From a virus (taxonomy: Duplodnaviria > Heunggongvirae > Uroviricota > Caudoviricetes): a stretch of 64,000 bases of DNA. Position numbers and translations under genes: made by a program. The notes beneath the pieces are model-generated. The model searched no databases and was not told the DNA's origin. It worked only from the letters and a program-made list of their open reading frames with translations. Shown piece after piece: positions 52,366-61,030 of this stretch. How positions within the stretch are numbered: position 1 is the stretch's first letter; each line of letters starts with the position of its first letter. Location: the IMG/VR virus record IMGVR_UViG_3300042471_001635; one strand, written 5' to 3'.

Positions 52366-53145
52366 ATGCCAAGAAAAAAGAAAATATCATTTCAGTTGGA
52401 CCCCGAGTGGATGTTAAAATCTCCCGTGGATTTTGAGTTTAACAAGTATACTCTTTTGGACTACATTCAAAAGTGTGAAAAAAGGTTTGAAAAACTTGAG
52501 ATTTACCCTGATTTTGTTGAACTCTCTCTTCATTTAGCAAATCTACAATCACTTACGAAAGAGAAGACATTACTTCTGACTGATAAAAAATTCAATTCTT
52601 GTGATGATGAGATTTTACTCAAAGAACTTTATCCAAAAAAACCGAGAGACCTTTCTAAAGAAGAGGAGGAACAACTTGACAAAACAATAATGTATTCAGG
52701 AAACAAACTTTTTGATACTTTCAATATTGGAAAATCTATTTGGAATCTTGCGTTTGATAACATTTTTATCAATTTGAAAAAAAATAGAGATAGTTTACAT
52801 TTGGGTAAGGGGTTTTGTTACTTTGTTGAACAAGATACAAGGAAATTGTACATTTGGCAATATGAGATTAAGAGAGATAGGAAAAAAGGTGGTGACCACA
52901 AAACAAATCTTACACTCATATTCGAAAACAATTTGTCCGATAACTCAATAACAGAATTAATCACCAATTTTTCAACTTGGAAAAATGATGTAACAATTTA
53001 TCCAATTTTTGAAATCAAATCCAAAATAGCCTTCCCGATGGAACAAACCTTCGTTCCGATGATGAAAAGAAAAATTTTGACTTTTATATTTCAAGTTGCC
53101 AATGCGGAACTTATGAAATCCTTTGATTCTTCTCCGAAAGTTTAA
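52366..53145 (+). CDS. Hypothetical protein
   Basis: 259 aa. Confidence 0.5.
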   Translation: MPRKKKISFQLDPEWMLKSPVDFEFNKYTLLDYIQKCEKRFEKLEIYPDFVELSLHLANLQSLTKEKTLLLTDKKFNSCDDEILLKELYPKKPRDLSKEEEEQLDKTIMYSGNKLFDTFNIGKSIWNLAFDNIFINLKKNRDSLHLGKGFCYFVEQDTRKLYIWQYEIKRDRKKGGDHKTNLTLIFENNLSDNSITELITNFSTWKNDVTIYPIFEIKSKIAFPMEQTFVPMMKRKILTFIFQVANAELMKSFDSSPKV

Positions 53146-53153
53146 TATATTTG
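53122..53153 (+). promoter_or_regulatory. Bacteroidetes-type promoter (-33 TTTG, 20-nt spacer, -7 TAtaTTTG) ending 4 nt before the ATG
   Basis: tttg(53122-25)...tatatttg(53146-53) then tttt ATG(53158). Confidence 0.4.
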
Positions 53154-53157
53154 TTTT

Positions 53158-53373
53158 ATGGGATTTAATAGAAGATATGTCGACAAAGACACTTCAATCC
53201 ACGCTTTGAAAAATGGTGGACTGAAAAATTATTACGGAAAGTCCGACGCACTTATTTTCGAAGATGATATCAGTTCAAAAATTTACGAACTCTATAAATC
53301 TGGTCACAATTCCGAAGAAATTCTTATCATTATAAATCAAAACATGGAGGAAAAAACCAATGAAATGTATTAA
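53158..53373 (+). CDS. Hypothetical protein
   Basis: 71 aa. Confidence 0.4.
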   Translation: MGFNRRYVDKDTSIHALKNGGLKNYYGKSDALIFEDDISSKIYELYKSGHNSEEILIIINQNMEEKTNEMY

Positions 53374-53617
53374 ATCAATCAAAGAAACAAAAGACGTAGC
53401 TCTCGGGACCATTAAGAGAGTTGATGACAAAACTGCAATTAATATGGTTGGAAATATGTGGGCTTACATATCTAAAGCAGAATGGAAAGCGGCTACGAGA
53501 AAATCCAAACCAACCGAGGTAAAAGGAGAAGAAAATTCTCAACAACCTCAAGAACAAACTGACAAAAAACCTTATAAAAAGGGCCAAAAGTCCGACAAAC
53601 ATAAAAACAAACAATAA
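53360..53617 (+). CDS. Hypothetical basic protein
   Basis: 85 aa. Confidence 0.35.
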   Translation: MKCIKSIKETKDVALGTIKRVDDKTAINMVGNMWAYISKAEWKAATRKSKPTEVKGEENSQQPQEQTDKKPYKKGQKSDKHKNKQ

Positions 53618-53847
53618 TGGGAAACGTATCTGAACAGTTGATTAGAATGCTTCGTTGTGAAGCTTTTGCACAAAGAGCCAAAGCTCTTCTTACATTTAAA
53701 TTATTATCTGAGAATGCTGTAGGGATTGGAGACCACTCAACAGGTGATTTTTATAAAAACGCAGAAGAAGCATTACAAATGCTCGTCGATGCTGATGATA
53801 AATTGGAGGCTTTGCAAAAATACTTTCCAAATGAAAAAGATAATTAA
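53617..53847 (+). CDS. Hypothetical protein
   Basis: 76 aa. Confidence 0.35.
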   Translation: MGNVSEQLIRMLRCEAFAQRAKALLTFKLLSENAVGIGDHSTGDFYKNAEEALQMLVDADDKLEALQKYFPNEKDN

Positions 53848-53951
53848 GAAATTGGAGTGGATATTCGATTATTATTTCGTTTGGATGTTATATAACGGAA
53901 ATAAAACACACAAGTACATAGAGTACATGGAGAAAAAGTGGGGAAATAAAA

Positions 53952-54182
53952 ATGATTGACAATACAGAATGGGTCAATGGACCCTCTCACTACGGAGGAA
54001 AAGAAAACCCATACGAAGTAATTAAAGTTTGTGAAGCTTGGGAGCTCGATAAAGACGCTTATTTATTCAACGTGGTCAAATATGTTGCTCGAGCAGGAAA
54101 GAAAGACGTCTCTAAAGAAATTGAAGACCTTAAGAAAGCGGCTTTTTATTTAGATAGAAAAATTAAAAATTTAGAAAAATGA
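53952..54182 (+). CDS. DUF3310-like phage protein
   Basis: 76 aa; PSHYGGKENPYEVIKVCEAWELDKDAYLFNVVKYVARAGKKD fits the recalled DUF3310 pattern (P.HY...P..vi.....NaiKY..Rag.K). Confidence 0.45.
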   Translation: MIDNTEWVNGPSHYGGKENPYEVIKVCEAWELDKDAYLFNVVKYVARAGKKDVSKEIEDLKKAAFYLDRKIKNLEK

Positions 54183-54631
54183 TTATTTGGTTAACAGGTC
54201 AACCCGGTGCGGGTAAAACAACAATTTGTAAAAAAATTTTACTTAGAGACGCTAGTATTTTCCACATCGATGGAGATGACCTCAGAGATTTATTTGAGAA
54301 CAAAGACTACTCCGAACAAGGTAGAAGAAAAAACATTGAGTTAGCCCAACAAATTGCTCAGTATCTCACTAACAAGGGTGAAGATGTATTAGTATCTTTG
54401 GTTTCCCCCTACAAAGACCAAAGAAATAAATTCAAAGAAAAGATGGGGGATAAATTGGTAGAGGTTTATGTTCATACTTCTGAAAAAAGAGGGAGAGAAG
54501 ATTTCTTCGTAAAAGAATATGGACAACCCACCGAAAATTACCTTGACATTGATACAACAAATGAAAGTGTTGAGGAGTCAGCTCAAAAAGTATTAGAATA
54601 TGCGAAGAATAAACCAAACACAACCAAATAA
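54179..54631 (+). CDS. Adenylylsulfate (APS) kinase-like P-loop kinase
   Basis: 150 aa; IIWLTGQPGAGKTT plus IDGDDLRD...EQGRRKNIE...VLVSLVSPYKDQRNK...VEVYVHT parallels CysC FTGLSGSGKST / LDGDNVRHGL...DRKENIRR...VLTAFISPHRAER...IEVFVDT. Confidence 0.6.
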   Translation: MIIWLTGQPGAGKTTICKKILLRDASIFHIDGDDLRDLFENKDYSEQGRRKNIELAQQIAQYLTNKGEDVLVSLVSPYKDQRNKFKEKMGDKLVEVYVHTSEKRGREDFFVKEYGQPTENYLDIDTTNESVEESAQKVLEYAKNKPNTTK

Positions 54632-54667
54632 AAATGTTCTTTTTGGTTAATCCTCATATTTATTAAT

Positions 54668-55210
54668 ATGAAAGCAATTGATTTAAAAGGACAAAAATTT
54701 GGTAAACTGTTGGTTAAAGAGTTTGCGGGACATAAAAACAACTTAAGACAATGGTTATGTGTCTGTGAGTGTGGAAATGAAAAAATTGTTAGAGGGGGAC
54801 ATTTAACTAAAGGGTTTACAAAAACCTGCGGTTGTGAAGCTCACCCAACACAATTTAACCATAAATCTTGGAAAGGTTATGGAGAGATTCCCTTAGATTT
54901 TTTTACTACCATTAAGAAAAACGCAGAACGTAGAAACATTGAATTTTATATTACAATTGAATATCTTTGGGAAATCTTCGTAAAACAAAATAAAAAATGT
55001 GCATTATCTGGTAGAGACTTAAAATTTGGGAGAATTGTAAAAGATAGAAAGGGTAAAAATGTTTCTGTTGATAGAATTGATTCTTCTAAAGGTTATGTAA
55101 ACGGAAATATCCAATGGATAGATAAACAAATAAACATTATGAAGAATAATTTGGATGAAAATGAATTCTTACAGCTTTGTAATGATATTGTAAACTATAA
55201 AAAAATATGA
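54668..55210 (+). CDS. HNH endonuclease-family protein
   Basis: 180 aa; Cys cluster CVCECGN...CGC; HNH-like VSVDRIDSSKGYVNGNIQWIDKQINIMK. Confidence 0.5.
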   Translation: MKAIDLKGQKFGKLLVKEFAGHKNNLRQWLCVCECGNEKIVRGGHLTKGFTKTCGCEAHPTQFNHKSWKGYGEIPLDFFTTIKKNAERRNIEFYITIEYLWEIFVKQNKKCALSGRDLKFGRIVKDRKGKNVSVDRIDSSKGYVNGNIQWIDKQINIMKNNLDENEFLQLCNDIVNYKKI

Positions 55211-55608
55211 AAAAAATTCACGTTGAGGGAGACCCAAAATTAAAAAACACAGGAGGAAAACAGTATTCAATGGTAGTCGGACGATTTCAACCTTTTCACG
55301 ATGGACACAAATGGTTGGTTAATCAATGTTTAGAGGATGGTAAAAATGTTCTGATTTGTATTAGAGACATCCAACCAGATGAAAAAAATCCATTTTCACC
55401 TGAAGACGTTCAAAGAAATATCATGAACGAACTTTGGAAACTTATAGGAGAAGAAAAAGTTAAGGTCATGATTATACCCGATATTGAGTCAGTGAATTTC
55501 GGAAGAGGTGTTGGATATGATATCATTGAGCATGTACCACCTCAAGAAGTTCATGATATTTCTGCAACAAAAATCCGTGAACAAATGAGACAGGAGGGAA
55601 AGTTATGA
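55207..55608 (+). CDS. Minimal nucleotidyltransferase of the NMNAT/PPAT (HxGH) family
   Basis: 133 aa; VVGRFQPFHDGH (H-x-G-H) and C-terminal ISATKIRE (ISSTxIR motif). Confidence 0.6.
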   Translation: MKKIHVEGDPKLKNTGGKQYSMVVGRFQPFHDGHKWLVNQCLEDGKNVLICIRDIQPDEKNPFSPEDVQRNIMNELWKLIGEEKVKVMIIPDIESVNFGRGVGYDIIEHVPPQEVHDISATKIREQMRQEGKL

Positions 55609-55838
55609 TAGATGTCAAAGTTAGATGGAATACACAATGTAAAGACGGTCACAACTTTTGGAGAATTCTAATTGATAGTGAAGAGAGAATTTGTTCTAAT
55701 ATAATTTTTGAAGTTCCCGTTCATACGACCCGAGACATTGTTTGGGATTCTTTAAGGAATATGGAAGTCGAAAAACACCATGTTAGTTGTCAGGCCAATG
55801 ATGTTATTTGGAAAGGGGATGTTGTGATTGTAAAATAG
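55605..55838 (+). CDS. Hypothetical protein
   Basis: 77 aa. Confidence 0.4.
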   Translation: MIDVKVRWNTQCKDGHNFWRILIDSEERICSNIIFEVPVHTTRDIVWDSLRNMEVEKHHVSCQANDVIWKGDVVIVK

Positions 55839-55905
55839 AAAATATTTTCAATTTACTGGACTTAGTGGAAAAAAATCATTAAAATTGAATTATTAAACTG
55901 TTATA

Positions 55906-56769
55906 ATGGAAAATTTTTTAGGTAATATAATAAATGGTGACTGTATAGTAGAGATGGCTAAAATGCCTGAAAACTCAATCGATTTAATTGTCACTTCCCC
56001 ACCATACGGAGTCGGGATTGAATATGACTCATTCGATGATGATATGAACATAGAAGACTACAAAGAGTTTTCGAAGAAATGGCTCACTGAGGCTTATAGA
56101 CTTCTGAAGGCGGATGGTAGAATTGCTCTCAATGTTCCTTATGAAATCAACCGACAGGATAAAGGAGGAAGAGTTTTTATTGCCTCTGAACTTTGGCAGA
56201 TTATGCAAAGAATTGGTTACAAATTTTATGGTATTGTGGATTTGGATGAAGATTCTCCACACAGAAGTAAGACCACGGCTTGGGGTTCATGGATGTCTCC
56301 TTCTGCACCTTACATCTACAATCCGAAAGAGTGTGTTATCTTGGCTTACAAATCTAAACATATTAAGATTGTTAAAGGTGAACCCGAGTGGGTTGGCGTG
56401 ATTGATGAGATTGAACAAGAGGATGGAACAAAAAAGAAAAAAACTCTTTATACTGAAGAACAGAAGAAAGAATTTATGGATTTGGTTTATGGACAGTGGA
56501 CGTATTTTGCAGACACAAAACAAATGACCAAAGCAACCTTTTCTTTGGATATCCCAATGAAAGCTATGAAGATACTCACATATAAAAATGACGTCGTCTT
56601 GGACCCTTTCTGTGGGTCTGGTACAACTCCAGTTGCTGCAGTGATATCAGGAAGAAATTGGGTGGGTATTGAACTCAGTCCGAACTATTGTGAAATAGCC
56701 CGTCAAAGAGTTAAACAATTCGTGGATAAAAAGAAACAAACTAAATTAGATTTCGAAGAAGGGGTTTAA
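55906..56769 (+). CDS. DNA methyltransferase (beta-class N4-cytosine/N6-adenine, SPPY motif)
   Basis: Motif IV DLIVTSPPYG near the N-terminus, motif I VLDPFCGSGTT near the C-terminus. Confidence 0.75.
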   Translation: MENFLGNIINGDCIVEMAKMPENSIDLIVTSPPYGVGIEYDSFDDDMNIEDYKEFSKKWLTEAYRLLKADGRIALNVPYEINRQDKGGRVFIASELWQIMQRIGYKFYGIVDLDEDSPHRSKTTAWGSWMSPSAPYIYNPKECVILAYKSKHIKIVKGEPEWVGVIDEIEQEDGTKKKKTLYTEEQKKEFMDLVYGQWTYFADTKQMTKATFSLDIPMKAMKILTYKNDVVLDPFCGSGTTPVAAVISGRNWVGIELSPNYCEIARQRVKQFVDKKKQTKLDFEEGV

Positions 56770-56790
56770 AAACCCCTTTTTTTATTTTTT
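56758..56790 (+). terminator. Intrinsic terminator
   Basis: ggggtttaaaaacccc followed by ttttttt a tttttt. Confidence 0.6.
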
Positions 56791-56814
56791 GGATATTTAT
56801 AGGAAATTATTCCT

Positions 56815-57186
56815 ATGAAAGAAGAACTCATAAAAAAACTCGTTCAAATTCAACTTCAATTTAAATTTTTACATTGGCAAACTTTTGGAGATGCTAAACA
56901 TAGACTTTATGGAGAAATCTATGATAAGTTGGGAGACTTTATTGATGAGTTCACTGAAACAATGATGGGAAAATACGGAAGACCAGAGTTTGACTCTGAA
57001 TTTGGAATTATGTTTCAAGATATTTCGGCATTGAGTATGCAGAATTTTATAGATGGAATTACTGAATTTTTTGTTGGGATGTCAGACCAACTCGACTCAA
57101 GATATGATACAGACTTACTCAACATTAGAGATGAGATGTTGGGTCTCATAAATAAATCTAAGTACTTATTAACACTCAAATACTAA
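56815..57186 (+). CDS. Hypothetical protein
   Basis: 123 aa. Confidence 0.45.
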   Translation: MKEELIKKLVQIQLQFKFLHWQTFGDAKHRLYGEIYDKLGDFIDEFTETMMGKYGRPEFDSEFGIMFQDISALSMQNFIDGITEFFVGMSDQLDSRYDTDLLNIRDEMLGLINKSKYLLTLKY

Positions 57187-57482
57187 TGGCACAGAAAATT
57201 GTAAGACTAAGCGAAGGTGACTTAATTAATCTTGTAAAAAGGGTTATCACCGAACAAAAAAAATTCGAACTATTCATGAATCCTGGTCAAACAGCTGAAG
57301 CAGAATTGATTGGAGACATATTGACTATTTTTTCTCAGATGGGGAAAGACCAAATCTTTAAAGTAAAAACATCTTTACCGAAAGGAAAATTTATGTTTGA
57401 ATATTCGAAAGATGGAAAATATTACGGATACGATAAGAGAGGAAAAAAACATGAAATCCTTTTGATAGAAAAAAGAAAATGA
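57186..57482 (+). CDS. Hypothetical protein
   Basis: 98 aa. Confidence 0.4.
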   Translation: MAQKIVRLSEGDLINLVKRVITEQKKFELFMNPGQTAEAELIGDILTIFSQMGKDQIFKVKTSLPKGKFMFEYSKDGKYYGYDKRGKKHEILLIEKRK

Positions 57483-58903
57483 AAAAACTATTAAAAGAGT
57501 CTGGTTTAAGAGATATTTCGGCTTTGAGGAAAAGATACCCTAAAGCCGAAATTTATTTTCACCTTGACCTTGATGGTGTGACCACCGCAATTGCAATGAA
57601 AAAATACCTTGAGGACAATGGAATCAAGGTGGTTGGAGCACACACCATTCAATATGGGGACAAAGAATTTGCTGTTAAAAAGTTGGATGCTGAAGGTGAT
57701 ACAATGCCGGTACTTGTAGATTTCGCTCATGGTAAACCCATGTTCGTTATTCATACTGACCACCACGACAGACAGGTAGGAGCTGAACCCGAGGCCTCTA
57801 AATCATTCAGACAAGCCCGTTCCAACGTAGAGACAATATCTCAAATAGTTTCTCCTAAAGAAATATTTCCAACCGCAGATATCCTCCTAATAAGCACCGT
57901 TGACTCGGCTAACTTTTTGAAACATGAAATTACACCCGAGGACGTTGTGAATTATATTTTCAGATTGGATAAAGATAAGACCCTTCAGAAAAATAAAATG
58001 TTACTTGGGTTGGTTATCAACAAACTGATTTTAGCTTTCAAAAACCGAAAAGGTTTTATGGAGAGTTTGGTTATGGATTCAGAACCTTCCCTTATGTCCA
58101 TTTTCAATAACATTAAGAAATGGATGAAAATGACAAGTGCTGAGGACTTTGCTACCCTTCAACAAAGGTCCGATGATTACTTGGAACAAATGAAAAAATA
58201 TCCGAAGGTAAGAGTTGAAGACGGAATAATTTTTCAATACGGTGCAGGAAATATGAAGTCTGGTTCATATGATAGATACACTCCTTTTAGAGTGAATCCA
58301 AATGCAGACTTTCTTATTCTAATGTGGCCGATGGGACTTTTACAAGTCTCTTGTAACCCTTTTAAAAAAGACAGAAAGTTGAAAGGAGTTAATTTGGGAG
58401 AGATGGCTCAGGACGTTCTTAAACCTTTTGAAAGCCAACTCAAATCAAGAACAATCCCTCTTTCGACAATCAAATGGTTGAGTGAAATAAGTACAAAACC
58501 CGGTGATGTTGGATTTACATTCAAAGATTTCAATGCCCTTTTCGGTGGTAAAATTGCTTTCATTGATGGAGGTAACGAAATTTTAGATAGAATCAAACCG
58601 ATGATGGACAAACCTTTTTCCGAACTCAAGGAAGAAGAAAAACAACTTTTGGATAAAATTGGAATTAACATGTGGGATTTTATTCAATCAAATTCAGGGG
58701 GACACAAATGTATTACGAATATTTCAGGTCTAAATTTTCTTGGAAGAAAGACAAGACCATCAGAGGACCCATACAGATATGACCCAGATAAGCCAGATGT
58801 TCCATATATCAAATTCATGAGACAACTTGGAACAAAATTTTTCAATATATTGAAAGATAAAATTCAAGAGGAACAACAAAAAGAAAAAGAAGTATCGAAT
58901 TAA
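57479..58903 (+). CDS. DHH-DHHA1 family phosphoesterase (NrnA/RecJ-like)
   Basis: FHLDLDGVTTA (motif I), VIHTDHHD (DHH), C-terminal NSGGHKCI (DHHA1 GGGH-like). Confidence 0.6.
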   Translation: MKKLLKESGLRDISALRKRYPKAEIYFHLDLDGVTTAIAMKKYLEDNGIKVVGAHTIQYGDKEFAVKKLDAEGDTMPVLVDFAHGKPMFVIHTDHHDRQVGAEPEASKSFRQARSNVETISQIVSPKEIFPTADILLISTVDSANFLKHEITPEDVVNYIFRLDKDKTLQKNKMLLGLVINKLILAFKNRKGFMESLVMDSEPSLMSIFNNIKKWMKMTSAEDFATLQQRSDDYLEQMKKYPKVRVEDGIIFQYGAGNMKSGSYDRYTPFRVNPNADFLILMWPMGLLQVSCNPFKKDRKLKGVNLGEMAQDVLKPFESQLKSRTIPLSTIKWLSEISTKPGDVGFTFKDFNALFGGKIAFIDGGNEILDRIKPMMDKPFSELKEEEKQLLDKIGINMWDFIQSNSGGHKCITNISGLNFLGRKTRPSEDPYRYDPDKPDVPYIKFMRQLGTKFFNILKDKIQEEQQKEKEVSN

Positions 58904-59271
58904 AAATGATACTCAACCCAATCTCCGGGTTCTATTCCAACAGTTTCACAATAACCACCGGGTAACTCCAAAACAATATTTCCATTTCCACAATATGTTG
59001 GACATGGTGCTTCATCGCAAGGGGGACAATCGGAGTGAATATTAACAATTACATTATTTTTTATTATGATGATGTCCAAGGGTATAATACAATTTTTCAT
59101 CCAAAAACATTGTTTGTTACCACCCATCAAAAATAATAGGGCTTCGAAGTCTTTGTTGAAAGTTTTACCCATCATCCCAATTGCTTGAGATTTTTTATCA
59201 GTTAAAACTTTTGTTTTGAAAATATTTTTGTTAATTTTGACAAACACAATAATAAATACAAATGGAATCAA
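58900..59271 (-). CDS. DUF192-family protein
   Basis: 123 aa; FWMKNCIIPLDIIII fits the recalled DUF192 motif WMKNT..PLDi. Confidence 0.5.
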   Translation of the reverse strand: MIPFVFIIVFVKINKNIFKTKVLTDKKSQAIGMMGKTFNKDFEALLFLMGGNKQCFWMKNCIIPLDIIIIKNNVIVNIHSDCPPCDEAPCPTYCGNGNIVLELPGGYCETVGIEPGDWVEYHF

Positions 59272-59681
59272 AAAGGTACGCTGGCGTTTTAGTTAAATGT
59301 GGAGACGAAGTTCTCCTCTGCAAAAGAAATAATTTGGGTTCTTTTCCAGGTATGTGGTCAATACCAGGAGGAAAAATGGAAGAAGGAGAAAACTCTCAAG
59401 ATAGTGCAAAGCGAGAGTTTGTAGAAGAAACTGCCGTGGACATTTCAGATAGAAACATAAAGTTCATCGGACTTCTCCCAAGACACACAAGAGACGGAAA
59501 AAAAGTAAAAGGGATGATGTATGTTTACCAACTTGACACTGACCAACCAATTGAACCTGATTTTGCGGCTGCAAAGGACGGTGAAGAACACACCGAATGG
59601 AAATATTTCAAATTAGATGAAATTGATTTCAGACAGTGTGGCGAATTCATGTATAAACTTATTGAAATCGTATTACAATGA
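59262..59681 (+). CDS. NUDIX hydrolase
   Basis: Nudix box GGKMEEGENSQDSAKREFVEETAV. Confidence 0.7.
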   Translation: MESKRYAGVLVKCGDEVLLCKRNNLGSFPGMWSIPGGKMEEGENSQDSAKREFVEETAVDISDRNIKFIGLLPRHTRDGKKVKGMMYVYQLDTDQPIEPDFAAAKDGEEHTEWKYFKLDEIDFRQCGEFMYKLIEIVLQ

Positions 59682-59782
59682 AACTTTTATTGATATCCTT
59701 AACAATTATAATTGTCATTGGAGTTTTCGGTTGGTTCAAAATAAATCAACAAATCAAAAAAAATATTGATAGGTTAGGATGA
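59678..59782 (+). CDS. Possible 34-aa single-TM peptide
   Basis: ATG overlaps the NUDIX stop (ATGA); MKLLLISLTIIIVIGVFGWFKINQQIKKNIDRLG. Confidence 0.25.
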   Translation: MKLLLISLTIIIVIGVFGWFKINQQIKKNIDRLG

Positions 59783-61030
59783 TTTTCCGAAACTTGGAGA
59801 TATTTATATGTTCTTATCCGAAAGGATGAACATCCCCAACACGAGAACTGAAGAAACTGAGAAGTTTCGATAAAATCGGTCCTCACGAGATGAATGAAGC
59901 AGTAATCTCGAAAAAAAGTCCCACAAAATTTGGAAGTATAATTTTCTCACCTTATTTTTGTGGGACTTTATTATCAAAGTAGTTCTTTAACATACTTCTA
60001 CTCAAGGTTCAACCAGAGCATGACTTGGATGGTGACACGGGGACTTGGGTAGTTTTATAATACGGCGGGCGGAGGGCAAGGTGTCCTGTTGGTCTCATAA
60101 GCCAATTTAGCTCAGTTCGATTCTGAGGCGTCGCAACAAAAAAAGTTTTATAAAAATTTGACGAATTGAAAAGTTCTTCTTAATTTTGTAAGACAATTGA
60201 GGGAAAGGGGTTGTAAAGTTCCTTACCGAAGTCGGGGGTTGTAAAAATTTCCACTCTCCTTCAATACTTGATAGTTCTTTGTTTTAAGATATTGGCCGCC
60301 TATGGTCATTAAATAAACTACGAAAGTAGTATAAAGTGGGACACCAGGTTTTAGTGTTCTGCGGTATCAAAGGGGTACTCGAGTAGGCAATCAGGATATG
60401 TTCTGACCTTTAGTACTGAGGGTAACACTGTAGGGAAAGTGGTTGGAATACGGGGCGATACGGGTCGTCTCGTTGAGGTCGGAAGACTAATAAGAATAAT
60501 CTGAGGAATCTATGTGAGAAATTATGGCTTCCACCATAGTCATCACGTAATTCAATATGAAAGTTGACTTAAAACCGAAAGGTAAGTTGATGTACAGGTG
60601 GTGCTGTTATTAACCTTGAAACGTCTCTACCAAGAGCGTATCACTGAAGTTGACTTGAAGTATGGAGGTCGGGAGACTTCAGAGAGTAGTTTAGTATCGT
60701 GTCGTTCAAAAGGCGACACGGCTGGTGACAGACCGCTACTTTCCACATCCGTAAACCAACCCTTAATTGTTAATTCTGGTTTAACAACTTATAATTAAAA
60801 TCAAGGAAAAGTGTCTGTCAGTCGTTGGAAACAGGTGACTACTTAGTCTTGAGATGTTCATGACCGCGTTGGGTCCCAAGCCCTTCACGATTTTCACGAA
60901 AGTTCTCTATTCCCGCAAGGAAGAATTGGGGTGGCAACCTCGAAGAGTGATGAGTAAGGAGAGAGTATTCAACGATTTAAGGATTGGTTAATCTAATTGA
61001 CCGTCACTGAGAGTTACTGTTCAAAAGACA
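59783..61030. other. ORF-free GC-rich (~45-55% GC vs ~33% elsewhere) island; candidate structured non-coding RNA(s)
   Basis: 1.25 kb with no ORF over 66 aa; local hairpins (e.g. cgtgtcg-ttcaaaagg-cgacacg at 60698-60720); direct repeat ggggttgtaaa at 60207 and 60234. Confidence 0.35.
60089..60135 (+). ncRNA. tRNA-like 3' half: anticodon arm (loop CUCAUAA, anticodon CAU), 5-nt variable loop, canonical T-arm (ctcag-TTCGATT-ctgag), acceptor 3' strand gcgtcgc-a
   Basis: Read directly from the sequence; D-arm-like aggg/caaggtg/tcct lies upstream, but no 5' acceptor strand complementary to gcgtcgc was found, so it is not called as a full tRNA. Confidence 0.3.

Noticed and set aside
54179-54631. Alternative call of the 150-aa P-loop protein as a generic dNMP kinase or zeta-toxin-like kinase
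   Set aside because: The extended collinear match to CysC beyond the P-loop (DGDxxR, RKxNIxR, SPxxxxR, xEVxVxT) favours APS-kinase-like. It remains a hypothesis because the protein is about 50 aa shorter than typical CysC
60064-60135. A full-length tRNA-Met (CAU) gene
   Set aside because: Anticodon arm, variable loop, T-arm and 3' acceptor strand are convincing, but the candidate 5' strand (ggcgggc) pairs with gcgtcgc at only about 4 of 7 positions. It is reported only as a tRNA-like 3' half pending tRNAscan-SE/ARAGORN
60598-60798. 66-aa ORF inside the GC-rich island
   Set aside because: No start context or promoter, composition atypical of the coding genes, and embedded in a region better explained as structured RNA
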